DNA of 32,000 nt from Propionibacteriaceae bacterium (GTDB lineage Bacteria; Actinomycetota; Actinomycetes; Propionibacteriales; Propionibacteriaceae): the NCBI GenBank assembly GCA_031256725.1, contig JAIRQE010000014.1, positions 1-32,000 on the forward strand. Reading direction: 5' to 3'. The notes under the pieces were generated by a model. That model saw only the letters and a list, made by a program, of their open reading frames with translations, was not told where the DNA came from and made no database searches. Position 1 is the first letter of the stretch. Every line of letters begins with the position of its first letter. Position numbers and translations under genes: made by a program. Positions 7,546 to 14,930 of this stretch are shown here, in pieces.

Positions 7546-8105
7546 CCGAACTCTACGATGACGAACTACTCAAAGAAGTAGACGACGACATCGTAAGACC
7601 AAGGAATGCCCCATCCCGACCTGGTTCGGGGTGGGGCAAACCATCCATCGTGGTGGCGATCCTGGTTGGTGTCATCTTTGGGGCAATGATGGGTGCCTGG
7701 CTGAGGCCAGGCCAGTCTCCTGGGCCCTCACACCCCACGATGGGTGCGACTATTGATGGTGATTCGGTAGTCAGAATGTCGGAGCTTGAAGCACATGTTG
7801 AAGAAAATCCTGAGGACGTGGAGGCTCGTCTTGAGCTTGGGGAACTCTACTGGGGGATCGGGAACCTCGGGATGGCCAAAGAGCAAATCGATGAGGTGAT
7901 TAACCTTGATCCTGACTCGGCCGATGCTTGGTTCATGCTGGGGATGTACTACTGGTTTATTGAACCGCCAGACTGTGACAAGGTTGAAGAATCCTGGATA
8001 CGGTACATGAAACTCGATCCCGAAGGAGACCACGCTAAGGTTCTGGCTCACATGGATGAATGTAAGCTCATCCAAGAGTCCTCAGATAGCGAAACAGGCC
8101 GATAG
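7542..8105 (+). CDS. Membrane-anchored TPR protein, NrfG/CcmI-like
   Basis: The GTG start overlaps the nrfA stop (GTGA). It has one TM helix (IVVAILVGVIFGAMMGAWL). TPR-like repeats follow: NPEDVEARLELGELYWGIGNLGMAKEQIDEVINLDPDSADAWFMLGMYY. Confidence 0.72.
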   Translation: MTELYDDELLKEVDDDIVRPRNAPSRPGSGWGKPSIVVAILVGVIFGAMMGAWLRPGQSPGPSHPTMGATIDGDSVVRMSELEAHVEENPEDVEARLELGELYWGIGNLGMAKEQIDEVINLDPDSADAWFMLGMYYWFIEPPDCDKVEESWIRYMKLDPEGDHAKVLAHMDECKLIQESSDSETGR

Positions 8106-8172
8106 GGTAAGGCCGGATTCCTTTCTCGGAAACCGACACCTTATACACTGATATACACATGAGGTGATGATA

Positions 8173-8940
8173 ATGGTTGATCCGTCATTGACGGTCGCTA
8201 GCATCCTCGTCGTCTTCGGGGCGGGGCTGCTTGCTTTTGCGTCCCCCTGCTTCCTGCCCGTGGTACCTGTCTTCGTCGGATATCTTGCAGGCAAACCAAA
8301 CGTCGATCACATGGTGGATCCCCTTGGCTCATCCACGTGTCACGAGATACATCCCCCTGGCTCATCCAAATTGGATTGGTCTGGGGCAGCCCAAGCCCTT
8401 GTGTTCATCGTGGCCTTCTCAGCTGTCTTCATCAGTTTGTGGGGCCTTGTTGGTCTCATCGGATGGGTTGTTGGTGGTTTCAGGACCTGGCTCAGGATTG
8501 TTGGTGGGATTGTCCTTGTCATCATTGGTCTCCACGCATCTGGACTCATCTCTATCTCTGTTCTTGATCGTATACTTCAGCCTCGGTACTCGCCCGACCG
8601 TACTGAAGCCCCCAACCTGCGCCGATCCCTCTTGCTTGGGCTGGCCTTTGGGGCCGGGTGGACACCATGTATTGGTCCCATCCTTGGTGGAGTCTTGGGG
8701 CTCGCCACCACCTCCGACTCCCTGGTTCAAGGGATCATCCTCATGGTGGTCTTCTCACTGGGGTTAGGGCTTCCCTTCGTACTCGTGTGTGCAGGAGCCA
8801 CCTGGATTCTCAGCAAATTCAAGTGGTTTACTGCACACCGAAAGGGTGTCAATCTCGTTATTGGCATCTTTTTGATCATCGTGGGATTCCTGATGATCGC
8901 TGATCTTTTCTCACGCCTGGCCGCCTTGTTTTCAATCTAG
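8173..8940 (+). CDS. ccdA: Cytochrome c biogenesis thiol:disulfide electron transporter CcdA (DsbD-core family)
   Basis: A polytopic membrane protein with the two conserved Cys motifs FASPCFLP and GWTPCIGP. Alternative in-frame starts are GTG 8164 and ATG 8167. ATG 8173 has the best spacing from GAGG. Confidence 0.87.
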   Translation: MVDPSLTVASILVVFGAGLLAFASPCFLPVVPVFVGYLAGKPNVDHMVDPLGSSTCHEIHPPGSSKLDWSGAAQALVFIVAFSAVFISLWGLVGLIGWVVGGFRTWLRIVGGIVLVIIGLHASGLISISVLDRILQPRYSPDRTEAPNLRRSLLLGLAFGAGWTPCIGPILGGVLGLATTSDSLVQGIILMVVFSLGLGLPFVLVCAGATWILSKFKWFTAHRKGVNLVIGIFLIIVGFLMIADLFSRLAALFSI

Positions 8941-8949
8941 GAGAATGAA

Positions 8950-10416
8950 ATGACCGACCAAAAAACCACCGACCTCCCTGTCGAGGACGACCTTCCTGTA
9001 CAGGAGGCTGTCCCCCTTGTTGAGGGCGATGGACTTCCAGATGTATCCGTTGGCGAGTTTTTCCACCGCCTATACCAGGTGACCTACTCAAAGACTGTTG
9101 GGTTGATCATCATCCTCATTGTGACAGTCTACGTACTTCTTGGGGTGCTTTTCCCGCAGGCGAGTTCTTCAGTGTGGAATGACCCAGTCAGTAAGGCTGA
9201 TTTCTTGGAAGCCATGGAGACTAGATTTGGGGGATTCTCCTCCATCTTGAGTTTCCTGGGTCTCTTCCACGTCTTCACCTCCATAGGTTTCCTGGTCGCC
9301 ATAGGCGCACTCATGATCTCGATTCTTGGATGTACCACCCACCGCATTCCTCAGTTGTGGAAGAGATACAAACACCCACGGGTACAGGTCAGCGATCGTT
9401 TCTTTAGCGCAACTCGATATCAAGGATCAGTCGATGCTGATTCCAATGAGACCCAGGCAATCAGTGCGGCCAAGGAGAAACTTGCGGCTGCCCGGTACAG
9501 AGTCATCGAAGGGGAGGGCAACCTTCTTTATGCCGACAAGTACTCCTGGGGTGGTGTAGGTACGGTCATCGCCCACCTAGCCTTCATCTTGATTATCGTG
9601 GCCTACATCATCACGAGCCTCACAGGTTATGAGTCCATCATCACGGTACCTGCTGGTGGAGGTAAGCAGATTGCTGTTGGAGCTGGTACAAACTTCACCC
9701 TTGAGGCGACAAGCTTCGTTGCCACCTTTGATGACGAAAGCGGACGCCCACTTGACTATGTCTCAAACCTCATCTTGCGTGATGGGGGAGTACAGGTAGC
9801 TGAGAAGGAGATCAGAGTCAATGAGCCACTGTCCTATGGTGGGTACACCTTCCACCAAACCACCTATGGTTTAGCTGTCGAGGTCACCATCGTTTCCCGA
9901 GGTGAAGTAGTCTTCGAAGGAGGCGTCTCACAGGACTGGAGCGGTTCCTGGAATGGTGGGGAGATCGTCGGAGGTACAGTTGAACTTCCCGAACTTGGAC
10001 TTTACGTTGATGTGATTTCTCCCAGATCCGGGGTGAGCCACCCCACTATTCAACCAGGCCAAGTGCTTTTCTCTCTCATGGCTGAGGATAATACTCCAAT
10101 GTCTAAGGTCATTGTGAACCAGGGCGAATCCGACAAGATCGGTGATATGACCCTGAGCTTTGACCGTGAAGGAAATTACACAGGCATCATGGTACGTAAA
10201 GACCCAGGTGCATTGTGGATGCTTATCGCATCAATCCTGCTCGTGACAGGAATGATGATCACATTCATGTGCCGCCACAAGCGGCTTTGGGTGCGTGCTC
10301 AGGATGGGAAGCTGATGCTCGCCTCACCCGATAAGGAGGACTCCGGTTTCCGCCGCGAGTTCAACGAACTTCTCACCCAGGCTGAAACCTGGTCTACCCC
10401 CCAAAGGAGGAAATGA
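8950..10416 (+). CDS. resB: System II cytochrome c biogenesis protein ResB/Ccs1
   Basis: 488 aa. TM helices at the N-terminus and near the C-terminus flank a large extracytoplasmic domain. It sits between ccdA and ccsA. AGGAG RBS. Confidence 0.85.
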   Translation: MTDQKTTDLPVEDDLPVQEAVPLVEGDGLPDVSVGEFFHRLYQVTYSKTVGLIIILIVTVYVLLGVLFPQASSSVWNDPVSKADFLEAMETRFGGFSSILSFLGLFHVFTSIGFLVAIGALMISILGCTTHRIPQLWKRYKHPRVQVSDRFFSATRYQGSVDADSNETQAISAAKEKLAAARYRVIEGEGNLLYADKYSWGGVGTVIAHLAFILIIVAYIITSLTGYESIITVPAGGGKQIAVGAGTNFTLEATSFVATFDDESGRPLDYVSNLILRDGGVQVAEKEIRVNEPLSYGGYTFHQTTYGLAVEVTIVSRGEVVFEGGVSQDWSGSWNGGEIVGGTVELPELGLYVDVISPRSGVSHPTIQPGQVLFSLMAEDNTPMSKVIVNQGESDKIGDMTLSFDREGNYTGIMVRKDPGALWMLIASILLVTGMMITFMCRHKRLWVRAQDGKLMLASPDKEDSGFRREFNELLTQAETWSTPQRRK

Positions 10417-10796
10417 TGACACCGACCCAAGAATCACTCTTGCAGATCGCTGAGATTCTCTTAATCGCAGCAATCGTATGCATCATCTTGGCGATGATCA
10501 CCGCTCTCGTCACCCTATCCGCAGGACGCAAGTCGGCTAAAACAGTGGTACGAAAAGCCCGTCCATCCAAAGACGCAGACGAGATTGACGACATCTTCGA
10601 TGATGCCGATAACGAGGATGAGATCACGGAAGTCCACGAAGTTACTGAGGTGGTTGAAGAAGCCAAAGAGAGCACAGTCGAGACAGCTGAGGCTGTCGAA
10701 AAGACTGCGAAGAAGGTAACAACCACCAAGAAGGCTGTAACCACGAAGAAGCCGACGACTGTAAAAAAACCAGCGGCATCTAAGGCAAAGAAGTAG
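10413..10796 (+). CDS. Small single-pass membrane protein with an acidic then Lys/Thr-rich disordered tail (unknown function)
   Basis: ATGA overlap with the resB stop, and its own stop sits inside the ccsA RBS. One TM helix (ILLIAAIVCIILAMITALVTL) is followed by RK residues, then DADEIDDIFDDADNEDEITEVHEVTEVVEE, then KKVTTTKKAVTTKKPTTVKKPAASKAKK. Confidence 0.65.
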   Translation: MMTPTQESLLQIAEILLIAAIVCIILAMITALVTLSAGRKSAKTVVRKARPSKDADEIDDIFDDADNEDEITEVHEVTEVVEEAKESTVETAEAVEKTAKKVTTTKKAVTTKKPTTVKKPAASKAKK

Positions 10797-10804
10797 GAGT
10801 AGAT

Positions 10805-11545
10805 ATGACTGACACCAAAGACACCGTGAAATCCAAGTCAACGCTCAACGTTGGATCCTTTGCAACCGGTTTCACGCTCGTTGCATTTATCCTGGTCACC
10901 GCCTATCTCGGCATCCGTATGTCCATCACAGGCCATGGCCCATTCTCCAACCAACATGAGTTTGCCGTCAGCTTCGTGTGGGGAATCCTGGTTGCGTACC
11001 TTGTTGCCCTGTGGCGCTTCAAGATCCGTATGCTTGCCCTCGTTGTTCTTCCTGTTGCTGCCTGCCTGCTTTTGTACGCCTTCCAAATGGGTACAGAAGT
11101 GGAGCCGCTTGTTCCTGCACTCCAGAACAACCTCTTGCTCACGGTACACGTCGGCTTCGCAATCCTTGCCTATGGTGCCGCCTGCGTCTCCTTCGGCGCG
11201 GCGGTGCTGTACCTGCTTTATCCGAAACTGAAGCTGAAGACCCCGCGTGAAACCTTTGACGAGATGGGGTACAAAGCCGCTGTGGTGACCTTCCCCTTGT
11301 TGACCATCATGATCCTCTTGGGTGCCCTGTGGGCCAAAACTGCATGGGGGCGCTACTGGGGCTTTGATCCTAAGGAAACTGCTGCCTTGGTGACATGGCT
11401 TCTCTATGGTGCCTTCCTGCACGCCCGCGTTGCTCGTGGGTGGAGGGGTACGAAGTCAGCCTGGTTGCTGATCATCGGTTTTGCCGCTGTATTGTTCGCC
11501 TACTTTGGTAACCACTTCTTTGGTGGCCTACACTCCTACGGGTGA
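10805..11545 (+). CDS. ccsA: System II cytochrome c biogenesis haem-handling protein CcsA/ResC
   Basis: A polytopic membrane protein with the Trp-rich WWD-type motif WAKTAWGRYWGFDPKETAALVTWL and conserved His residues in flanking helices (LTVHVGF, GAFLHARV). Confidence 0.87.
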   Translation: MTDTKDTVKSKSTLNVGSFATGFTLVAFILVTAYLGIRMSITGHGPFSNQHEFAVSFVWGILVAYLVALWRFKIRMLALVVLPVAACLLLYAFQMGTEVEPLVPALQNNLLLTVHVGFAILAYGAACVSFGAAVLYLLYPKLKLKTPRETFDEMGYKAAVVTFPLLTIMILLGALWAKTAWGRYWGFDPKETAALVTWLLYGAFLHARVARGWRGTKSAWLLIIGFAAVLFAYFGNHFFGGLHSYG

Positions 11546-12102
11546 TGAAATCTAACCTTAGGACCGCGCTGGTCCTCGTTGTTACAACGATCCTGATCAT
11601 CGGTGGGGTCATCCTGGTGAAGCAGCCATGGAATAATTCCGCCGGTGTTTCAGATATTGATGTTGTCATTGATCCCGACCAACCTGCGCCAGCAGTAGGG
11701 AGTCTTGCACCCGATTTTGCTGGGGTGACCATTGATGATGAGGTCATCCGTTTGAGTGACCTTGCTGGGAAGCCAGCCTGGCTCATCTTTGGTGCCACCT
11801 GGTGTACAAACTGTCGGGCTGAGGCTCCAGATGTGGAAGCGGCTGCCCAGGAGTATGACGGGCAGGTGCGCGTTCTATCAATCTATGTTGGTGAGAGTGT
11901 TGACACTGTGTCAGGCTATGCCTCCAGGTTGAAAATGACCCACACGCAGATCCCTGATCCGGTCAAAGAGATTGCCTCCACTTATGGTGTCATGGGGCTG
12001 CCCACTCATGTGTTCATTGATTCTCACGGAGTGATTCAAAAGATCACCATGGGTTCGATCAGCAAGAAGGCTGCATCCGAGGTACTGGATTCATTGTTGT
12101 AG
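11542..12102 (+). CDS. resA: Membrane-anchored thioredoxin-like thiol-disulfide oxidoreductase (ResA/TlpA family)
   Basis: An N-terminal TM helix precedes a thioredoxin fold with the active site GATWCTNCRAEAP. The start overlaps the ccsA stop (GTGATG). Confidence 0.85.
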   Translation: MMKSNLRTALVLVVTTILIIGGVILVKQPWNNSAGVSDIDVVIDPDQPAPAVGSLAPDFAGVTIDDEVIRLSDLAGKPAWLIFGATWCTNCRAEAPDVEAAAQEYDGQVRVLSIYVGESVDTVSGYASRLKMTHTQIPDPVKEIASTYGVMGLPTHVFIDSHGVIQKITMGSISKKAASEVLDSLL

Positions 12103-12185
12103 GGGCCATCCGCAGTTTTCCGCCTCGCAGAACTTCTCTGTACGGGCGGTAGAATGACTTGGGCCACTATAGAAAGAAGGATGCC

Positions 12186-12773
12186 GTGGGACTGTTTAAG
12201 CCGTACGATGCGGAGCCGACCAAAGAGGTACAAACTCCTCCCAAGCCCAATGCAACCGCAAAGAAGAGTATTCCTACTCCAACGCGCAAGCAGGCTGAGC
12301 AGGCTCGTCGTCAACGGCTCCAGCCTGTACTAACCCGCAAGCAAGCCAATGCTATCGAGCGGGAGGCTAGGTACAAGTCTCGTGATGAGCAGTTAGCGAA
12401 AACCCATGCACTTCCCTACAACGCCTTGATTCGCGACTGGGTCGATCATCGTTGGAATCTGGCTGAGTTCGCTCTGCCAGGGATGCTCCTGGTTTTTGTC
12501 GGAACCATGGTGGGTGCCTACTTCCTTCCCTCCCTCATGATGGCTACCAGCTATATCATCTGGGGTATCTTCCTTCTGCTGATCATTGATACCTTCCTCA
12601 TGTGGTTTGGGTGTCGTACCAATCTCAAGCTCTATTTCCCAGGGGAACCCCTCAAAGGCAAGTTCAGCTATGCCATGTCGCGGTCCATGCTCATGCGCCG
12701 CTCACGTATCCCCGCACCCAGGGTCAAGCGTGGATCCCGGTTCCAATGGCCGTACACTGAGGGCAACTCATGA
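12186..12773 (+). CDS. DUF3043 family membrane protein
   Basis: Basic N-terminus (GLFKPY...KKSIPTPTRKQAEQARRQR), then IRDWVDHRWNLAEFALPGMLLVF and a second TM helix. This layout is typical of actinobacterial DUF3043. GTG 12186 with GAAGGA upstream is preferred to TTG 12159. Confidence 0.78.
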   Translation: MGLFKPYDAEPTKEVQTPPKPNATAKKSIPTPTRKQAEQARRQRLQPVLTRKQANAIEREARYKSRDEQLAKTHALPYNALIRDWVDHRWNLAEFALPGMLLVFVGTMVGAYFLPSLMMATSYIIWGIFLLLIIDTFLMWFGCRTNLKLYFPGEPLKGKFSYAMSRSMLMRRSRIPAPRVKRGSRFQWPYTEGNS

Positions 12774-12970
12774 GGTACACCTGGCAGTTGCCAACACAGA
12801 TCGATGACCCCTATCTCCAAGATGAACTCATAAAGGGATGGGATACCCAAGATCTGGCCGAGATTTGGCTAAGAGCAGCCTACGAGGATCTCCGTGAAGA
12901 GGGCGTGACCGAAGTGACCCTCACCTGCGACGAGACCCCCATATACACCATGTCCCTAGACGCTGAGTAG
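12770..12970 (+). CDS. Small acidic hypothetical protein (66 aa)
   Basis: ATGA overlap with the DUF3043 stop suggests translational coupling. I recognise no motif. Confidence 0.5.
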   Translation: MRYTWQLPTQIDDPYLQDELIKGWDTQDLAEIWLRAAYEDLREEGVTEVTLTCDETPIYTMSLDAE

Positions 12971-13009
12971 ATCCTGGTCATCCCACGCGAAGCTCCAGAA
13001 AAGGTACAG

Positions 13010-13402
13010 ATGCAGATCCTGCTGGTTTATACGCCCACTGCCATCCACCTGATAGACAACGTACTCCAAGGTTTCAAAGATCGTGGCGCAAACCTTGTAG
13101 CAGTAGAGCTTCCTAAGGTGGCTGAACAAGACTTCGAGAATCAACTAGAAGGTCACAACCTTCTCATTTATGTCACCACCGAAGTGGAGGGATTCTCAGC
13201 CCCAGACCCTCGATTGATCACGATCACCCGAAAAGCCACCGACCACCTAATCCCTGTGATCCTCATAACCTCCCAATGCCGTATCTCCACCCGTGAACTA
13301 AGAACCTGGGGCATTGAAGCTGCCTACGAAATAACCTCCCCCCAAGAAGCCCAAAAAGTAGCCCAGACCTGGGTTGCTAAACTACCACGTCATGATTCAT
13401 AG
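13010..13402 (+). CDS. Hypothetical protein (130 aa) with an alternating beta/alpha pattern
   Basis: A clean ORF on the same strand as its neighbours. Hydrophobic strands (MQILLVYT, NLVAVEL, LLIYVTT, IPVILITS) alternate with helical segments. I recognise no catalytic motif. Confidence 0.55.
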   Translation: MQILLVYTPTAIHLIDNVLQGFKDRGANLVAVELPKVAEQDFENQLEGHNLLIYVTTEVEGFSAPDPRLITITRKATDHLIPVILITSQCRISTRELRTWGIEAAYEITSPQEAQKVAQTWVAKLPRHDS

Positions 13403-13414
13403 AATGCAATAAGG

Positions 13415-13518
13415 CAAGGGTGGGGTACATCTGTTCAAAACCGCTCCCTGAACGGAGGAGTTGTTTCCAAAGGAAACAACTGCGCGAGTATGTTTTGAAT
13501 AGATATATCCCACCCTTG
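13415..13518. repeat. Palindromic repeat element, copy B (104 bp)
   Basis: CAAGGGTGGGGTACATCT (13415-13432) pairs with AGATATATCCCACCCTTG (13501-13518) with 2 mismatches. The inner hairpin is TTGTTTCC-AAA-GGAAACAA. It shares GAACGGAGGA and GGAAACAACTGCGCGAGT blocks with copy A. Confidence 0.85.
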
Positions 13519-13640
13519 TCCTACCTAAGCGGAATTTCAAAATAGATGTATCCCGTACCCAAGTGGAAAAGTTGTTGAGGAACTGTGCGAGAGCATTCGA
13601 GATAGATGTACTTGTACAAGAAGAGCAAGGTATACAAAGA
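13519..13640. repeat. Degenerate tandem partial copies of the repeat's right half
   Basis: AATAGATGTATCCCGTACCC (about 13541-13560) and ACTGTGCGAGAGCATTCGAGATAGATGTAC (about 13590-13620) echo ACTGCGCGAGTATGTTTTGAATAGATATATCCCACCC from copy B. Confidence 0.45.
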
Positions 13641-13644
13641 CCGA

Positions 13645-13650
13645 TAGAAT
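13645..13650 (+). promoter_or_regulatory. TAGAAT -10 box 6 nt upstream of the erpA ATG (probable leaderless transcript)
   Basis: TAGAAT at 13645-13650 and ATG at 13657, with no Shine-Dalgarno between them. This geometry is typical of actinobacterial leaderless genes. Confidence 0.35.
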
Positions 13651-13656
13651 ATAGGA

Positions 13657-13998
13657 ATGACTGAAACTGCAACACAGGGTCTGATGCTGACCCAAGCCGC
13701 TATAACGAAGATTTCTCAACTGCTAGCCAATGAGGAACAGGAACTGTTCCTGAGGGTGGCGGTACAACCGGGTGGCTGTGCTGGGCTGCGTTATGAACTG
13801 TACTTTGATGATCAGCATTTTGATGGTGACATGGAGATGTCCTTTGGTGAGGATGTCATGGTTGTCGTGGATGAGAAGTCGGCTCCCTATCTCAGTGGGG
13901 CGACCATCGATTTTGCAGACACTATCTCCAAGCAGGGTTTCGTGATCGATAATCCTAATGCCCAGGGTTCTTGTGCATGCGGTGACTCCTTTAACTGA
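13657..13998 (+). CDS. erpA: Iron-sulfur cluster insertion protein, HesB/IscA/ErpA family
   Basis: 113 aa. Contains LRVAVQPGGCAGLRY and the C-terminal CACGDSF, the three conserved A-type carrier cysteines. Confidence 0.9.
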   Translation: MTETATQGLMLTQAAITKISQLLANEEQELFLRVAVQPGGCAGLRYELYFDDQHFDGDMEMSFGEDVMVVVDEKSAPYLSGATIDFADTISKQGFVIDNPNAQGSCACGDSFN

Positions 13999-13999
13999 C

Positions 14000-14803
14000 G
14001 TGTACACCCATCGGCCTCAGGCTTTTTTCGACGCATATCTTTTCGATCTGGATGGGACAATCTATCTGGGAGACGAGGTACTTCCTGGGGTCCGTGAAAC
14101 CATGACCGCATTGAGGGAAGCTGGCAAGGTTGTACGATTCCTGTCGAATAACCCGACGAAATCCCCTGAACAGTATGCCGAGAAGTTGACAGCGATGGGG
14201 ATTGAAGCCCAGGTCTCGGAGATCACGAATACGATCGTGACAACACTGTGGTGGCTTCGTACCCATCACCCTGGGGCGACGGTGTACCCCATTGCGGAGG
14301 TTCCCCTCATGACGGCACTCAGCGAAGCTGGGTTCACGATCAGTGAGGACCCCAGTCGTATTGACGTCGTGATTTCTTCCTATGATCGTGGGTTTGGGTA
14401 CTCGAAACTCCAGATTGCCTTTGATGCCCTGTGGTTTTACAAGCGGGCCATTCTCATTGAGACGAATCCTGATCGGTACTGCCCCTTTCCGGGGGGACGC
14501 GGTGAACCGGATGCTGCCGCGATTACTGCGGCTATCGAGGCATGTACCCAGGTGAAATGTGTTGCGTCTATGGGGAAGCCTTCGGAACTCATGGTGAGGG
14601 CGGGTCTTGCCGGGCTGGATATTCCTCTTGATCGATGTGTGATGGTGGGGGATCGACTTGCGACAGATATCCGCATGGCACTCAATTTGGGGATGCCTGC
14701 TGCTGTGGTTTTCACGGGGGAAACCAAGCCTCAGGATGTGACTGTGGATTATGCTAATGCCTATAGATTGGATACCATCGATCAGTTGATTCCCCTGTCC
14801 TAG
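14000..14803 (+). CDS. HAD-IIA (NagD-like) sugar phosphatase
   Basis: Contains YLFDLDGTIYLG, FLSNNPT, MGKP and MVGDRLATDI. The start is uncertain: GTG 14000 lies just after the erpA stop, while ATG 13958 would overlap erpA by 41 nt. Confidence 0.85.
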   Translation: MYTHRPQAFFDAYLFDLDGTIYLGDEVLPGVRETMTALREAGKVVRFLSNNPTKSPEQYAEKLTAMGIEAQVSEITNTIVTTLWWLRTHHPGATVYPIAEVPLMTALSEAGFTISEDPSRIDVVISSYDRGFGYSKLQIAFDALWFYKRAILIETNPDRYCPFPGGRGEPDAAAITAAIEACTQVKCVASMGKPSELMVRAGLAGLDIPLDRCVMVGDRLATDIRMALNLGMPAAVVFTGETKPQDVTVDYANAYRLDTIDQLIPLS

Positions 14804-14930
14804 GGGATTCAATTCAGATGGGGTCCTTGCAGGTCAGCATTTTCTTAGAGTTTCTTTCAGGAGGCGCTGGTAACATGGTACTGATCACCATCTGTGGGAA
14901 TGATGGATTGACAAGAAGGCGAGTCTAATA

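Noticed and set aside
10838-11422. 194-aa minus-strand ORF
   Set aside because: It is antisense to ccsA, which carries the Trp-rich haem-handling motif. Its composition is typical of the reverse frame of a membrane protein gene.
13497-13626. Possible CRISPR-like array (repeated ATAGATGTA...CCC motifs)
   Set aside because: The repeats are short, degenerate and irregularly spaced, and they derive from the neighbouring palindromic element. There are no cas genes in the window.
13991-14812. 273-aa minus-strand ORF
   Set aside because: It is fully antisense to the HAD-IIA phosphatase gene, which has all four HAD motifs. It has no motifs of its own and an Arg/Pro/His-rich composition.
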